Of a stretch of 64,000 bases of DNA, positions 41,779 to 53,228 are shown piece by piece. Each line of letters opens with the position of its first letter. Position 1 is the first letter of the stretch. The stretch lies in contig CBDFLE010000006.1 of the NCBI GenBank assembly GCA_965248925.1, positions 1,504,001 through 1,568,000 of the forward strand, in the 5' to 3' direction. Under the pieces are notes generated by a model. That model saw only the letters and a program-made list of their open reading frames with translations, searched no databases and was not told the DNA's origin. The translations under genes and the position numbers were made by a program. Origin of the DNA: Candidatus Multivoradales bacterium. GTDB taxonomy: Bacteria > Acidobacteriota > Thermoanaerobaculia > Multivoradales > J023.

Positions 41779-44700
41779 CTAGCTTTCACCACCGAAGGGA
41801 AGGGTAGTATCGATGTCGACCGGCTTGGTATTGACGTTGGAAGTGGTGCCACCGTCGACTTGGATACCGATGAAGGGTGCTTCGGCCGAGGTTGAAATCT
41901 GCACCGAGACTTGGTGCAATTCAGCATCTTCACTCCATTTACCAAAGCCACCGAAAGTCACCGTGTCGGCCTCCCCTGATGCAGCGGTCGAGGTTCGCGA
42001 GTTGGTCGCTCGCAACCAGCTCAAGCGGCTGAGCTTGAATTCGCCGCCAGCGCTATGGTTGACGTACTCGAAAAAGGCCCGCTCCGCCGTCGCCGGATCG
42101 CAGGGGATCGAAAAGCGGTAGGAGAACTTCTCGCCGATCGACGAGGTCTTCTGGATCCAGGCTCGCTCGCCCCCGCCCTTTTTGCCGGTGGGACTGCACA
42201 GCACATTGCGAGCAGTGCCACCGACCATCGCTTCCAAACGCAAGAAGGGGTCGAGACGCGACTCCTCCACCACCACGAAGGGGGGAGTGCCATCGGCCGA
42301 GGGCGAGGGAAAGCGGAAGCCTTGCGGATAGGGAATGAAGACCTCGCCAGCAAAGCCAAACACCGTCTCACCCCCGGGACCGCGGGCAAAGCGCGCCGGC
42401 CCCTGATAGAGGAACGAATCGGCCGGTGTGCAAGGCTCGACCTTACCCAGGTTAACAAAGAGCTGCTGCACCACGAACGAGCGACACAGCAACTCGCCCA
42501 AGATGCGTCCGCTGCGTAGATCTATAGCTCCGATCGCCAGATTGTTGGGATCCAGCGACGACGACAGCTTGGTCTGGTTATAGGTCACGCCGCTAGGAAA
42601 AACCAGCTGCTCGTTGAAACCCACCATGCCGCGAGCGGTGCCCGGAGGCAGATAGGGCAGGGGCTCCGGATCGGGGCTTAACAAGCCGCCAGGCGGCAGG
42701 AAGCTCAGCGCTAGCGGCACGGTGTCCCCTGAACGCGGCCCAAACTGCATCCGCAACCGCCCCATCAAGTGCGAGCGCCCCGTGCCCTCGCCGCCCAACT
42801 CGTCGATATTGAGACCGAAAACGTCGCCAAAACTAGTGTTATGCACCCCGGGCGAAAGCTCCATCACCGTGTTGACCGGAATCTCCGGCAGCTCCGCCGC
42901 GGGCAGCTGCGGCCCGAGATCCTCCTTGGTGGTCAGCACCAGGTGCGGATGCAGCGTCGTTCCACGAGCGACAATCGAGGCACACTGCAGCCGCGGATTG
43001 CCAAAAGGCAAGGGAAAACGGATCGGATCGCCGCCAAATTCCTTGCCCAGGGGCAAGAACAGGTGGCCGGCGAAGCTGAAATCGAGCCGCCCGTCCGAGC
43101 GCTGTTCGAAACGCGCCCAGGTCGAACCGGCATTGGGCGGCCCAGGAAAAATCAACGGCGCCGCCGGCAAATTGGGATTGACCCCAAACAATGTCAGCGT
43201 CGGAGTGTTGAGGAATAAGGTAGCAAAGCGCAGGTTGGTGACCACGCCGGTGTCGAGATTCAGCTCCCCCGAGGACACCAACCCCGGCACGTCCTGAACA
43301 AAATTTAGCTGCGATGGCAGCTTGAACATCTTCGGTGCCGCCAAGGTGCCGTCGTCACCCGCGAGTCCACCCGGCAGAGTGATTTCGAAGCGACTGATAT
43401 GGCTGCTATCGGGCTCGGCAAAGCGAATTCTCACCTCTCCCTGCAAATGGCTGTCGGTCATCGCCAAGCCACCGAAGAAAGTGTTGCCACTGGCGCCAAA
43501 GGTCGGCAGACCTTCCAAGAATGGTTTTTCTTCAGGAAAGTCCACCGCCCGCAAGGCGTCGCCAAAATAGCTGCCGACCTTGTTCAACGACAGCGTCTGC
43601 TCCAACCCCTCGGGCAGCACCAGGGAAACCTCCAGGTGGGGATCGGACAAGCCACCGGCGGGAATACCCACCGCCGGCTCACAGCAGTTGGCCTGCTTCA
43701 CTCCGCCGATATCGAAGGGGGGATCCAGATAAGTGGTCTGGATGGGAAAGATATTCAGCTTGTCCGGCTCGAAAGGCGGATAGAGGTTGATCAGCGACGG
43801 ATCCGGCGGCGGCAGCGGCGGCAGCTCGGCGGCGGTGCGCGGCTGTAGGTATTCGTCGGTGAAAGTCGGCCCGTCGGCGACCTTCGACAGAGTGTTGGCA
43901 TCCGCGGCGGCGATCGCCTCGACATCGACCTCGGCAAACGACTGGTCGTAAGTCTGGTTGAGGAAGCGCAGCAAGTCGTTGGCGATCAACGCGTGGCCGG
44001 TACGACCCGGATAGACCCCGTTGAGCAAGTACAGCCCCCCCAAGTAGGAGGTGCTGAGTTGCCTGCCTCCCACCTCGACGCCGGACTCTGCCAGGTCGGC
44101 CAGGAAGCCGCCCAGATCCCAAACCACCGCGCCATGGGCCTGCGCCTGGCGGCGGATTGCTTGGTTGAGCTTGGCCACTCCGCGCCGCACGCGCTCGGCA
44201 TCGGCGGCGGACAGCACCGAGCCAGAGTTTAGCTGCTCGCCCAGCTGCCGAGCGGTGAACTGGTACCCGAGTTCGATCAAAGCCGGCAGATTGATCAAGT
44301 CTCCTTCGGCCAGGGCGAAGCGACCGCGCAAGAAGGAAGCTTCGGTGCGTATAATATGCGCCGCGCTCTCGAGATCAGAGAAGTAGGCGGTAGCCAAAGG
44401 GTCAGGAATCGTGGCCACTACCAAGCTGCGTTTCTTGGTCGCCAAGGCCGCCAGCAGCCGGCCGTAGTGGTCTTCAAAGCCAGCCAAATCCGCCGCCTTG
44501 GGATCTTGCAGAAAGCCATCCGCTAGAGGTTCGAGAACCTCCTGATAGCCCAACGCCACCAAGGCCAGGGTCGGACGCCGGCTACGGGCATACTCCAATT
44601 GGGTAGGCAGCTTGGCGCCCGCGCGAGTCAGGCTCGGAAGCCCGAGAATCAGGTTGAGAAGGGTTTGTTTGGCGTCTCCACTCTGTACCAGCGGCGCGCT

Positions 44701-45018
44701 TGGACGGCGCCCCAAAGCCTCAGCGAGCCGCAGCCCCGGCACCGACAGATTCGATAGATCGGCCGCATCGCGAGGAAAATCACAGAGTACGGAGGTCTGC
44801 AACAAGTCGGGCACGATCGCCGGCTGCTGGCGGAAACCCACATCGCCCACGCCGGGTGGTTGCAGCAGCGGTTGGGCAAAGGAAAGGCCGAGACGTTCGG
44901 CGACCAGCGCCGGGTAGCTGTAGGCCTGAATGTCCTCGCTGAGGCTGAAATGACCCACTCCGGCGGCCATGCCTTCGCCAAGGACGACGAAGGTTCTGGT
45001 ATCGAGCACCCGTTTCAT
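41779..45018 (-). CDS. SGNH-fold pseudo-hydrolase fused to a duplicated beta-rich domain
   Basis: GGAGGAG RBS before ATG 45018; SGNH blocks VVLGEGMAAG, NLSVPG, LGYQEVL and LNGVYPGRTGHALIAN; two related C-terminal repeats. Confidence 0.8.
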   Translation of the reverse strand: MKRVLDTRTFVVLGEGMAAGVGHFSLSEDIQAYSYPALVAERLGLSFAQPLLQPPGVGDVGFRQQPAIVPDLLQTSVLCDFPRDAADLSNLSVPGLRLAEALGRRPSAPLVQSGDAKQTLLNLILGLPSLTRAGAKLPTQLEYARSRRPTLALVALGYQEVLEPLADGFLQDPKAADLAGFEDHYGRLLAALATKKRSLVVATIPDPLATAYFSDLESAAHIIRTEASFLRGRFALAEGDLINLPALIELGYQFTARQLGEQLNSGSVLSAADAERVRRGVAKLNQAIRRQAQAHGAVVWDLGGFLADLAESGVEVGGRQLSTSYLGGLYLLNGVYPGRTGHALIANDLLRFLNQTYDQSFAEVDVEAIAAADANTLSKVADGPTFTDEYLQPRTAAELPPLPPPDPSLINLYPPFEPDKLNIFPIQTTYLDPPFDIGGVKQANCCEPAVGIPAGGLSDPHLEVSLVLPEGLEQTLSLNKVGSYFGDALRAVDFPEEKPFLEGLPTFGASGNTFFGGLAMTDSHLQGEVRIRFAEPDSSHISRFEITLPGGLAGDDGTLAAPKMFKLPSQLNFVQDVPGLVSSGELNLDTGVVTNLRFATLFLNTPTLTLFGVNPNLPAAPLIFPGPPNAGSTWARFEQRSDGRLDFSFAGHLFLPLGKEFGGDPIRFPLPFGNPRLQCASIVARGTTLHPHLVLTTKEDLGPQLPAAELPEIPVNTVMELSPGVHNTSFGDVFGLNIDELGGEGTGRSHLMGRLRMQFGPRSGDTVPLALSFLPPGGLLSPDPEPLPYLPPGTARGMVGFNEQLVFPSGVTYNQTKLSSSLDPNNLAIGAIDLRSGRILGELLCRSFVVQQLFVNLGKVEPCTPADSFLYQGPARFARGPGGETVFGFAGEVFIPYPQGFRFPSPSADGTPPFVVVEESRLDPFLRLEAMVGGTARNVLCSPTGKKGGGERAWIQKTSSIGEKFSYRFSIPCDPATAERAFFEYVNHSAGGEFKLSRLSWLRATNSRTSTAASGEADTVTFGGFGKWSEDAELHQVSVQISTSAEAPFIGIQVDGGTTSNVNTKPVDIDTTLPFGGES

Positions 45019-45411
45019 CGGTCTCCTCCCCACGGGTCACGGCAAGGACAGTCGCCCAGCCGACACCTGTCGGATGATCTGAGTGAAGCGAAGCCGCCGC
45101 GCCCGAACCGCGCCACGAATTCGCTCAGCGCCCTGGATACGACTCCAGAACAACCTTACTTCCCGCTGAACCGCGAATAGGAATGACCCGGTTGCGGGAT
45201 CGCGCACCGGAATCACCGGAACCGCCTAGCTTGGGCGGCGATGGGAGAACCAGAAACAACAGAGCAATAGTCAGATAAATCCTATCACGAGCAGGGTGCT
45301 CGAAGAGTCCTAGCACCAAAGTCTGTGCCGCTGGCGGATCTATGGGCGCGCCTGCGGATAGAATTGAGCAAAGATCATCGATCAGCGACCGACTCTCGAG
45401 GACCCTCGACC

Positions 45412-46005
45412 ATGACACTCCATTTGATTCTACTTCTCGCTGCCCTGGCCGCGGCCTCGTCGGCAACCGACACCCCCCACCAACCCGCAGTTCCCGCCGA
45501 CTACGGCCAGCCGCACCCCGAAGCACCTGCCGAGCTACGTCAATTCGCCTTCTTGGTCGGCGCCTGGGATTGCAGCGGCGTGGTCTTGGCCGAAGACGGC
45601 GTTTTCGAGCCCTTTCGCGCCACCATGGTGGGCCGCTACATCCTCGATGGCCTGGCGATTGAGGACGTCTACCGACAGTACGACAGCGGCGGCGAACTCC
45701 AGCACTTCGGCGCCACCTACCGCTCCTACGACACCGACGGCAAGCGCTGGGTAATGAAATTCCACGATGCCCTGGCCTCGACCTGGCTCGACCTCGGCCC
45801 GGTGGACCTCGGTGGGGTCGAGGTCAGCAAAGAGAAGATCAGCTTTCAACACCGCCTCGAACCCGGTGGCCTGATCCGGGTTACTTTCTCGCAGATTTCG
45901 GCCACGGGCTTCGCCTGGCAGGCCGAACTGTCGGGGGACGGTGGCGCCAACTGGCGGCAGGTGATGACTCTGCGAGCGCGGCCAGCCGGATCCGGCGGCG
46001 GCTGA
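45412..46005 (+). CDS. Secreted beta-barrel hypothetical protein (DUF1579-like)
   Basis: Signal peptide; RQFAFLVGAWDC, YILDGLAIED, RSYD...W and SGDGGANW motifs. Confidence 0.7.
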   Translation: MTLHLILLLAALAAASSATDTPHQPAVPADYGQPHPEAPAELRQFAFLVGAWDCSGVVLAEDGVFEPFRATMVGRYILDGLAIEDVYRQYDSGGELQHFGATYRSYDTDGKRWVMKFHDALASTWLDLGPVDLGGVEVSKEKISFQHRLEPGGLIRVTFSQISATGFAWQAELSGDGGANWRQVMTLRARPAGSGGG

Positions 46006-46018
46006 GACGAGGCGCAGG

Positions 46019-47164
46019 TCAACCGCCGAGGGAGACTCGAAACGCTAAGGCAAGTGGCTCGCCCGGGGCGCCAAGCGAGCCCTTGCTCGGCGCGTCAAAT
46101 AGCCGCCGAGGGCTGTTGCCGGCGAGATCTTCAAGCGCCGGGTCAATGCGCACTGCATAGTCACCCGCCGACCAGGGAGAGGAGGGAAGAAACCGCCACC
46201 CGCTTTCGCCGGGCTCGATCTGGACCTCGCCAACCAGCCGTTGGCCAGCAGCGTTCTCGACCCACACCATGCGACTGAGCAACGCATGATCGAGTGGCTC
46301 AGCGAAGTTCAGCACTAGTTCTGCCGCGGAACCGGCTGGCGCTAGCAGCCGCCAATCTTGCGGCCGTGGCGATTGCCGATCGGCCACGACCACCTGAAAG
46401 ACCTTCTCGAAAGGCTCGGTAAGGGCTTGAGACCGGCCGTCCAGCCAGCCCGCCGCTATCACCAGGCGATAGCTCTGGCCGGCTTGCAAGGTGGGGCCAA
46501 GCTCCTCGTGCGGGCCCACCCCACGTTTGATGCGTCCGGGATCGAAGACCAGCGTCAAGCGATCGGTGGCCGGATTCCACAACTCCTGCTGCGGCACCAC
46601 GAAGGGGTTGGTCACTTCCGTACCGGTGGCGTCGAACAACTTGATCTGCCGAGCTGCTTCGCCACGCGACATCGAGGCCGAGAATTGGACATAGAACCTC
46701 AGCTGGTTCTGAGGCAGCCGATCGGTGCTGGGATAGACCGCTACAACCCTCGCCGGTGGACCCGCGAAGGGCGCCGGAAATGCAAAACTGGCCTCGGCCA
46801 AGACCGTGTCGCCGTTCTTCCAGGCCGCGACGTAGGGCTGCTCGGGAACCAGTGGGAAGCGGGGATCGAAACCCACTATTCCGTCGACGACTCGCCAGTC
46901 GCCCAACAACATGGGTTGGTCAGTCGCGGCAGCCGGCAGCACACTGCCGGTGTAAACCGGAAAACGGGCCGCCCAGCCACCTGCATCGGCTCGCCGGGCA
47001 AACTGCCGAACGAGTGCTGGATCGAGGCCGTGCACTTCGATCTGACCGGCACCCGCCGCATCGATCACGAATACCACTTGTGGTGGCGCCGATGGCTGCT
47101 CGGCGGCAACACAGCCGAGGACGCCGATCAACATCACCCACCAGCGATGGCGCAGAATTCTCAT
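46019..47164 (-). CDS. Putative lipoprotein with Ig-like (SbsA/Big_5-like) segments
   Basis: VLGC lipobox; VVAVYPS, FYVQFSASM, LNFAEPLD and LEDLAGN strand motifs. Confidence 0.7.
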   Translation of the reverse strand: MRILRHRWWVMLIGVLGCVAAEQPSAPPQVVFVIDAAGAGQIEVHGLDPALVRQFARRADAGGWAARFPVYTGSVLPAAATDQPMLLGDWRVVDGIVGFDPRFPLVPEQPYVAAWKNGDTVLAEASFAFPAPFAGPPARVVAVYPSTDRLPQNQLRFYVQFSASMSRGEAARQIKLFDATGTEVTNPFVVPQQELWNPATDRLTLVFDPGRIKRGVGPHEELGPTLQAGQSYRLVIAAGWLDGRSQALTEPFEKVFQVVVADRQSPRPQDWRLLAPAGSAAELVLNFAEPLDHALLSRMVWVENAAGQRLVGEVQIEPGESGWRFLPSSPWSAGDYAVRIDPALEDLAGNSPRRLFDAPSKGSLGAPGEPLALAFRVSLGG

Positions 47165-47180
47165 ATCGATCGGCCGTCGC

Positions 47181-48302
47181 TTAGAACTTCCGAGTGGTCG
47201 CTAGCCGCAGGGCACCGTTGTCCAAAGAACGTCCTAGCATCAGCAAGTTGTCCGCATCGTAGTCGGCAACCTGAGCAACTGCGCCCAGCGGTACCTGCAT
47301 GATCTCGACACCGTCCCCAGGATTGGCCCGCGCAGTGATCCCGTCCGTGGCCGCAGCGGCCTCGATGTCGGCCTGCTTCAGGCGCATTACCCCGCGCGAG
47401 GAATTGTTGATCAAGACATTTCGCTGACCTCCTTTCTCGTAGACCACGATGTCGGTGGGGATATTGCCAAAGCCCAACTCGGCGATAGTCTTGCCGCGCA
47501 TTCGATCACTGGCGCGCAACTCGTCGAGAGGGAAAGTCACCAACGGAGTGCAGAGATAGCCTGCCAACAGATGGGTCTTACCAGCGATCTCGTAGGGAGC
47601 GAACGAGAAAATCGGCGCGAAGGTCTCCCACTGACCGTGGGCGCCATGGAAGATCTCCAAGCCAGTGGCAACGGTCTTGGCACTGAAGGGATAGGGCACC
47701 CGGCGGAGTACGGAAGCGAATTCCTCGTTCGACAGACCGGCGATAAACAGCTCGCTGTCGATGAATTCTAAGTCGGTGACCGTCAGGCTGCGCGATTCCC
47801 ATTTGTACACTTTGGCGTCGGCCTTGGGTAGGTCATTGAGCACCAGCCGCGAGTGGCGCACCTGGTCGAGCACCAACTCGGCTATCTTGCCGCCGCGGCC
47901 GATGGTCAGGATCACCGGCCGGGCATCGTCGCCCCGTCCCCTCATGACCGAGATAAAGGCTCGGCCGCTGCCCTTTTGCACCGCGAGATCCTGGATGCTG
48001 ATATCGCGTGCGCCAGTACCCAGCATGGCACCAATCTTCTGATCAAGATCCTCGACGGCCTGAAACTCAGCCGTGCTGGTCGGCGGATCGCCGACATCGA
48101 TCGCCCACACCGCGCCGCCTTGGGAATCGGCCACGAACAACACCCCGGCGGGCCCGAACGCCAATGCGCCAACCGACTTCAGCTCGACTTTGCCGAGCCG
48201 CATCGAATCAGCTTCTTTGCCAGTCAGTGTCAATGTCACTGCCAGAGCAAGACCGAGTAGACCTAGTAGAATCCGGGCTGGGGTCATTTTCTGCACTTGC
48301 AT
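47181..48302 (-). CDS. Secreted hypothetical protein, probable beta-propeller
   Basis: AAGGAGGAG RBS before ATG 48302; signal peptide; ALAFGPAGVLFVADS and IQDLAV blade-like motifs; EIFHGAHGQWET and AGYLCTPLV. Confidence 0.75.
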   Translation of the reverse strand: MQVQKMTPARILLGLLGLALAVTLTLTGKEADSMRLGKVELKSVGALAFGPAGVLFVADSQGGAVWAIDVGDPPTSTAEFQAVEDLDQKIGAMLGTGARDISIQDLAVQKGSGRAFISVMRGRGDDARPVILTIGRGGKIAELVLDQVRHSRLVLNDLPKADAKVYKWESRSLTVTDLEFIDSELFIAGLSNEEFASVLRRVPYPFSAKTVATGLEIFHGAHGQWETFAPIFSFAPYEIAGKTHLLAGYLCTPLVTFPLDELRASDRMRGKTIAELGFGNIPTDIVVYEKGGQRNVLINNSSRGVMRLKQADIEAAAATDGITARANPGDGVEIMQVPLGAVAQVADYDADNLLMLGRSLDNGALRLATTRKF

Positions 48303-48417
48303 GGAAGCTCCTCCTTGGACCAGAACCGAGGTAAGAAAGAATAGGGATTCGCTCTCCCATACGGAGCCCGCGCCAAGATTGTTCACCCGCGATGCGAAAA
48401 GCAACCCTGAACGGCCG

Positions 48418-48443
48418 AAGGGGACCGGAAAACCGGTCCCCTT
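48418..48443. other. Perfect 11-bp hairpin (possible terminator or attenuator)
   Basis: AAGGGGACCGG-AAAA-CCGGTCCCCTT; no long U-tract on either side. Confidence 0.6.
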
Positions 48444-48768
48444 GGGATGGAGCCGGTTGCCCGTTGAGTGAGGGGCGTCCGGCAGAGGCAGGTTATGGGA
48501 CAAGAACGGAGCTACTCGTTCAAAGCTACTTGCTCCGCCGTTGGGGCTCTTTTTGTTGATGCCGAAATCACGAGTGCAACTCGGTGAGCCCCGGCGAGAA
48601 ATCTGGTCGGAAAGTCCCGACCTCGTTTCCATAGATACATACGAACGTGCGCGCCAATCTGTTTCTTTTACTCGATCTTCTTTACACTTCGGTGACGAAT
48701 CCACAACTCCGCGGGATTGCCCGCTAGCTCGGCGTGATGGCGACCGGGCCAATTCCAAGCCCCACCAC

Positions 48769-48999
48769 ATGAGCCTGCAAATTCCACCGACCACCGCTGG
48801 CGACCGCGCCGCCACCACCACCAGCGGCCTGTGCGCCGATTGCGTCTACTTGCAAGTGCTGCGTTCGCGGCGTAGCACCTTCATCCGCTGCGCCCGCCAC
48901 GACGACGACAGCAGCTGGCCCAGGTACCCACGGCTACCAGTGCTGCGCTGCCACGGCTTTGAACGGGCCGAGGAGGACTCGCTCGCTACCGGAGAATGA
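48769..48999 (+). CDS. Small four-cysteine hypothetical protein
   Basis: GLCADC...STFIRC...YPRLPVLRCHGF. The ORF track's 5' extension to 48541 looks non-coding. Confidence 0.7.
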   Translation: MSLQIPPTTAGDRAATTTSGLCADCVYLQVLRSRRSTFIRCARHDDDSSWPRYPRLPVLRCHGFERAEEDSLATGE

Positions 49000-49025
49000 G
49001 CCGCCTGTAGTGACGTCCGATCTTC

Positions 49026-49054
49026 TTGTAAATATCTGAATTTTTGATTATCAT
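49026..49054 (+). promoter_or_regulatory. Sigma70-type promoter for the TA operon (likely leaderless)
   Basis: TTGTAA(49026-31), 17-nt spacer, TATCAT(49049-54), then ATG after 6 nt with no RBS; AT-rich patch. Confidence 0.65.
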
Positions 49055-49060
49055 AGAACC

Positions 49061-49378
49061 ATGACTCACTCCATCACCGCGACCGTGGCTGCTCGCCAAT
49101 TCTCCGACTTACTGAATCGAGTGCGCTACCGCGACGAGACCTTCGTCATCGTGCGCAACGGCGAAGAAGTTGCTCAACTCAGCAAGGTGATTTCGCCCAC
49201 CCCGCCGCTCGGTAACGGCCCCGACCTCTCTACAGCGCCGAGAAAACAGCCCAGCACCTTCCGCCAGTTGCTCTACCGCCTGGAGGCGCTGGGCTCTACC
49301 GATCCAGAATTTGCCTCCCACCTCGACGAGATTCAGACCCAGCAACCTGCAATAGACGGAGATCCATGGACCTCCTAA
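49061..49378 (+). CDS. Phd/YefM-like antitoxin
   Basis: ITATVAARQFSDLLNRVRYRDETFVIVRNGEEVAQL; overlaps the PIN toxin gene. Confidence 0.85.
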   Translation: MTHSITATVAARQFSDLLNRVRYRDETFVIVRNGEEVAQLSKVISPTPPLGNGPDLSTAPRKQPSTFRQLLYRLEALGSTDPEFASHLDEIQTQQPAIDGDPWTS

Positions 49379-49776
49379 TCGATACCAGCGTCATCATTCA
49401 GATCGAGCGGGCGAGTGCCAACTTGGAGAACCTCCCTGAGGCTCTGGGGGACGGCGCTTCCTACCTGGCCGCAATCACCGCTTCGGAGCTGTTGCACGGT
49501 GTCTACCGGGCTAACAGTGAAACCCGGCGGGCTGGCCGCCAGCGATTCGTCACGGCTGTCCTGGATTCGATTCCGCTACTTGCCTTCGGACTCGATGCCG
49601 CGATTCGGCACGCTCAACTCTGGTCTGATCTGCGTCAGCGCGGCGAGATGATCGGCGCCCACGACTTGCTCATCGCCGCCACCGCCCTCAATCACAATCT
49701 CGCGGTGCTGACCGCCAACCGGCGAGACTTCGAGCGGGTCGAGGAGCTCGAGGTGAAAGTCTGGCCGACTCTCTAG
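49366..49776 (+). CDS. vapC: VapC-family PIN domain toxin
   Basis: LIDTSVII, ITASELLHG, IGAHDLLIAATAL and LTANRRDFERV motifs. Confidence 0.92.
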   Translation: MDLLIDTSVIIQIERASANLENLPEALGDGASYLAAITASELLHGVYRANSETRRAGRQRFVTAVLDSIPLLAFGLDAAIRHAQLWSDLRQRGEMIGAHDLLIAATALNHNLAVLTANRRDFERVEELEVKVWPTL

Positions 49777-49800
49777 GCGGGTTGCTATAGTCCCGCCGCC

Positions 49801-53022
<3,222 letters not shown>

Positions 53023-53228
53023 TGCTCTAGACCCGCCAGCTTACCGACCGGGAAGGATGGTTCGCCGCCACCACGACCCGCGCCCGCCGTCGCGGTTAGC
53101 GTTGACAGAGCAGCGAGCCTGGCGTAGCTTGGGCCGGTCTATTCGCGGAGCCCTGGTCGAACCTCGCTATCGTGAGCCCGCGGAGCGTGCTGCCATGGAG
53201 CTAGACTTGGCCCGCTCTCGGAGCTGCC

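Noticed and set aside
48303-48821. 5' extension of ORF 47181..48821 (546 aa)
   Set aside because: A strong RBS and signal peptide begin at ATG 48302; the extension is not protein-like and overlaps the opposite-strand small gene.
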